A DNA stretch of 41,138 bases from NCBI GenBank assembly GCA_019242175.1, contig JAFAVZ010000007.1, positions 1 through 41,138 on the forward strand, written 5' to 3'. Below are positions 40,137 to 41,138 of this stretch, one piece after another. A program made the translations under genes and the position numbers. Below the pieces are notes generated by a model that was given only the letters and a program-made list of their open reading frames with translations, searched no databases and was not told the origin of the DNA. How positions within the stretch are numbered: the first letter of the stretch is position 1; the number at the start of each line of letters is the position of its first letter. This stretch comes from Acidobacteriota bacterium. Its GTDB lineage: Bacteria; Acidobacteriota; Thermoanaerobaculia; Gp7-AA8.

Positions 40137-40157
40137 ACGACATCATCGGGATCGAGC

Positions 40158-40201
40158 GCGGGCGTCTCGCCCGCGACCCGCGGCACGTCTCGTGCCGCGG
40201 G
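40158..40201 (+). promoter_or_regulatory. Two tandem GC-rich hairpins, each with a TCT loop, between the amidohydrolase genes
   Basis: gcgggcg-tct-cgcccgc (40158-40174) and cccgcggcacg-tct-cgtgccgcggg (40177-40201) have perfect 7-bp and 11-bp stems. No U-tract follows. Confidence 0.6.
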
Positions 40202-40216
40202 ACCGCGAATACCGCC

Positions 40217-41138
40217 GTGAAATCGACCAGGAAGGCCGCCGGGCGAGACGCCCGACGGCTAGCGGGCGGGACGCCCGCGCTCCTGCTCTTCCTCCTCGCG
40301 GCTTCGACGCTGCGGGCCCAGGACGTCACCGTCATCCGCAACGCCACCGTGCTCACGATCACGAAGGGACGCATCGACCATGGCTCGGTCGTCATCCGCG
40401 GCTCGAAGATCGCGGCCGTCGGGCCCGACGCGCAGGTGAGCGTGCCGGCCGGCGCGAAGGTCATCGACGCCGCGGGCAAGTTCGTGATGCCGGGCATCAT
40501 CGACACCCACTCGCACGCCGGCGTCGACGGCAGCGTCAACGAGCTCTCGTTGCCGAACACCGGCATGGTGCGCATCCAGGACGTCCTCACGAACGAAGAC
40601 ATCAGCTCCTATCGCCAGCTCGCGGGCGGCACGACGACCGCGCTCGTGCTCCACGGCTCGGCGAACGCGATCGGCGGCCAAAGCCAGATCGTGAAATGGA
40701 AGTGGGGCCATCCGATCAGTGAGTGGCCGGTCAGCGACGCCCCGCGTACGATCAAATTCGCCCTCGGCGAGAATCCGAAGTCCTCGAACTTCCGCCCGCC
40801 TCCGGGCATCGAGCAGCCGTATCCCGCGACGCGCATGGGTGTCGAGGAAGTGATCCGCAAGTCGTTCCTCGACGCGAAGGACTACATGGCGAAGTGGGAT
40901 GACTACGACGCGCGCCGCAAACGCGGCGAGACGCCGATCCCGCCGCGCCGCGACCTGCTGATGGACGAGATGGCGGACATCCTGCGCGGCAAGGTCGACG
41001 TCCACTCCCACTGCTATCGCTCCGACGAAATCCTCATGCTCCTCGGCCTGGGCGACGAGCTCGGATTCAAAGTGCGCGAGTTCCAGCACGTGCTCGAGGG
41101 CTACAAAGTGTCGCGCGAGATCGCGGCGCACGGCACGG
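40217..41138 (+). CDS. Secreted amidohydrolase (intact HxH motif), 3' end outside the window
   Basis: My translation gives VKSTRKAAGRDARRLAGGTPALLLFLLAASTLRAQDVTVIRNATVLTI...KFVMPGIIDTHSHAG...ALVLHGSANAIGGQ. It is absent from the ORF track because there is no stop in the window. The start is uncertain. GTG 40217 gives a clean signal peptide. The in-frame ATG at 40133 (ATGA overlap with the upstream stop) would read through the hairpins. Confidence 0.65.
   Translation, partial: MKSTRKAAGRDARRLAGGTPALLLFLLAASTLRAQDVTVIRNATVLTITKGRIDHGSVVIRGSKIAAVGPDAQVSVPAGAKVIDAAGKFVMPGIIDTHSHAGVDGSVNELSLPNTGMVRIQDVLTNEDISSYRQLAGGTTTALVLHGSANAIGGQSQIVKWKWGHPISEWPVSDAPRTIKFALGENPKSSNFRPPPGIEQPYPATRMGVEEVIRKSFLDAKDYMAKWDDYDARRKRGETPIPPRRDLLMDEMADILRGKVDVHSHCYRSDEILMLLGLGDELGFKVREFQHVLEGYKVSREIAAHGT

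Noticed and set aside
40133-40216. ATG at 40133 (ATGA overlap with the upstream stop) as the start of the second amidohydrolase
   Set aside because: It would add about 28 residues encoded by two perfect hairpins ahead of an otherwise normal signal peptide. GTG 40217 gives the classic basic n-region plus hydrophobic core. I kept it as an alternative in the feature note.

Overview
This is a GC-rich bacterial chromosomal window. The gene content and repeat types look Acidobacteriota-like, but that is inference only. I support 36 protein-coding genes, 2 tRNA-Ser genes and four families of short palindromic or heptameric repeats. I see no CRISPR array, rRNA, transposase or integrase.

Gene order, left to right:
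- A tight minus-strand operon: nucleotidyltransferase, metallophosphoesterase, EgtB/SUMF1-like enzyme, SOD-like protein.
- A YegP plus DUF4236 pair.
- An ECF sigma / anti-sigma module with DUF4097, HEAT and PLDc_N-TPR envelope proteins.
- An AtoE-type transporter.
- A protein with a very long (GSSRST)n Arg/Ser repeat tail.
- A PoxB-like ThDP enzyme.
- A 981-aa lipoprotein hydrolase.
- A FAD/Fe-S oxidoreductase.
- A GH15 hydrolase.
- Small membrane proteins and a KGG stress protein.
- A Ser/Thr kinase fused to a TolB-like propeller.
- An MglA-like GTPase.
- Two secreted amidohydrolases.

The most interesting region is 26.7-37.2 kb, which holds two divergent, tightly coupled operons.
- Minus strand: two B12-binding radical SAM enzymes, two GNAT-fold acyltransferases and a GH3-family adenylating amido-synthetase.
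- Plus strand: TetR, a Rieske oxygenase, a secreted NTF2/SnoaL-like protein, a membrane desaturase, and a PAP2-like::squalene/phytoene-synthase-like fusion.

Together they look like an uncharacterised lipid, terpenoid or acyl-amide tailoring locus. Palindromic repeat elements fill the shared control region as a nested composite. They also sit in-frame inside three of the pathway genes.

All family assignments come from motifs I recognise in the translations. No database search was run. Many long ORFs in the track are antisense or alternate-frame artefacts of high GC content.
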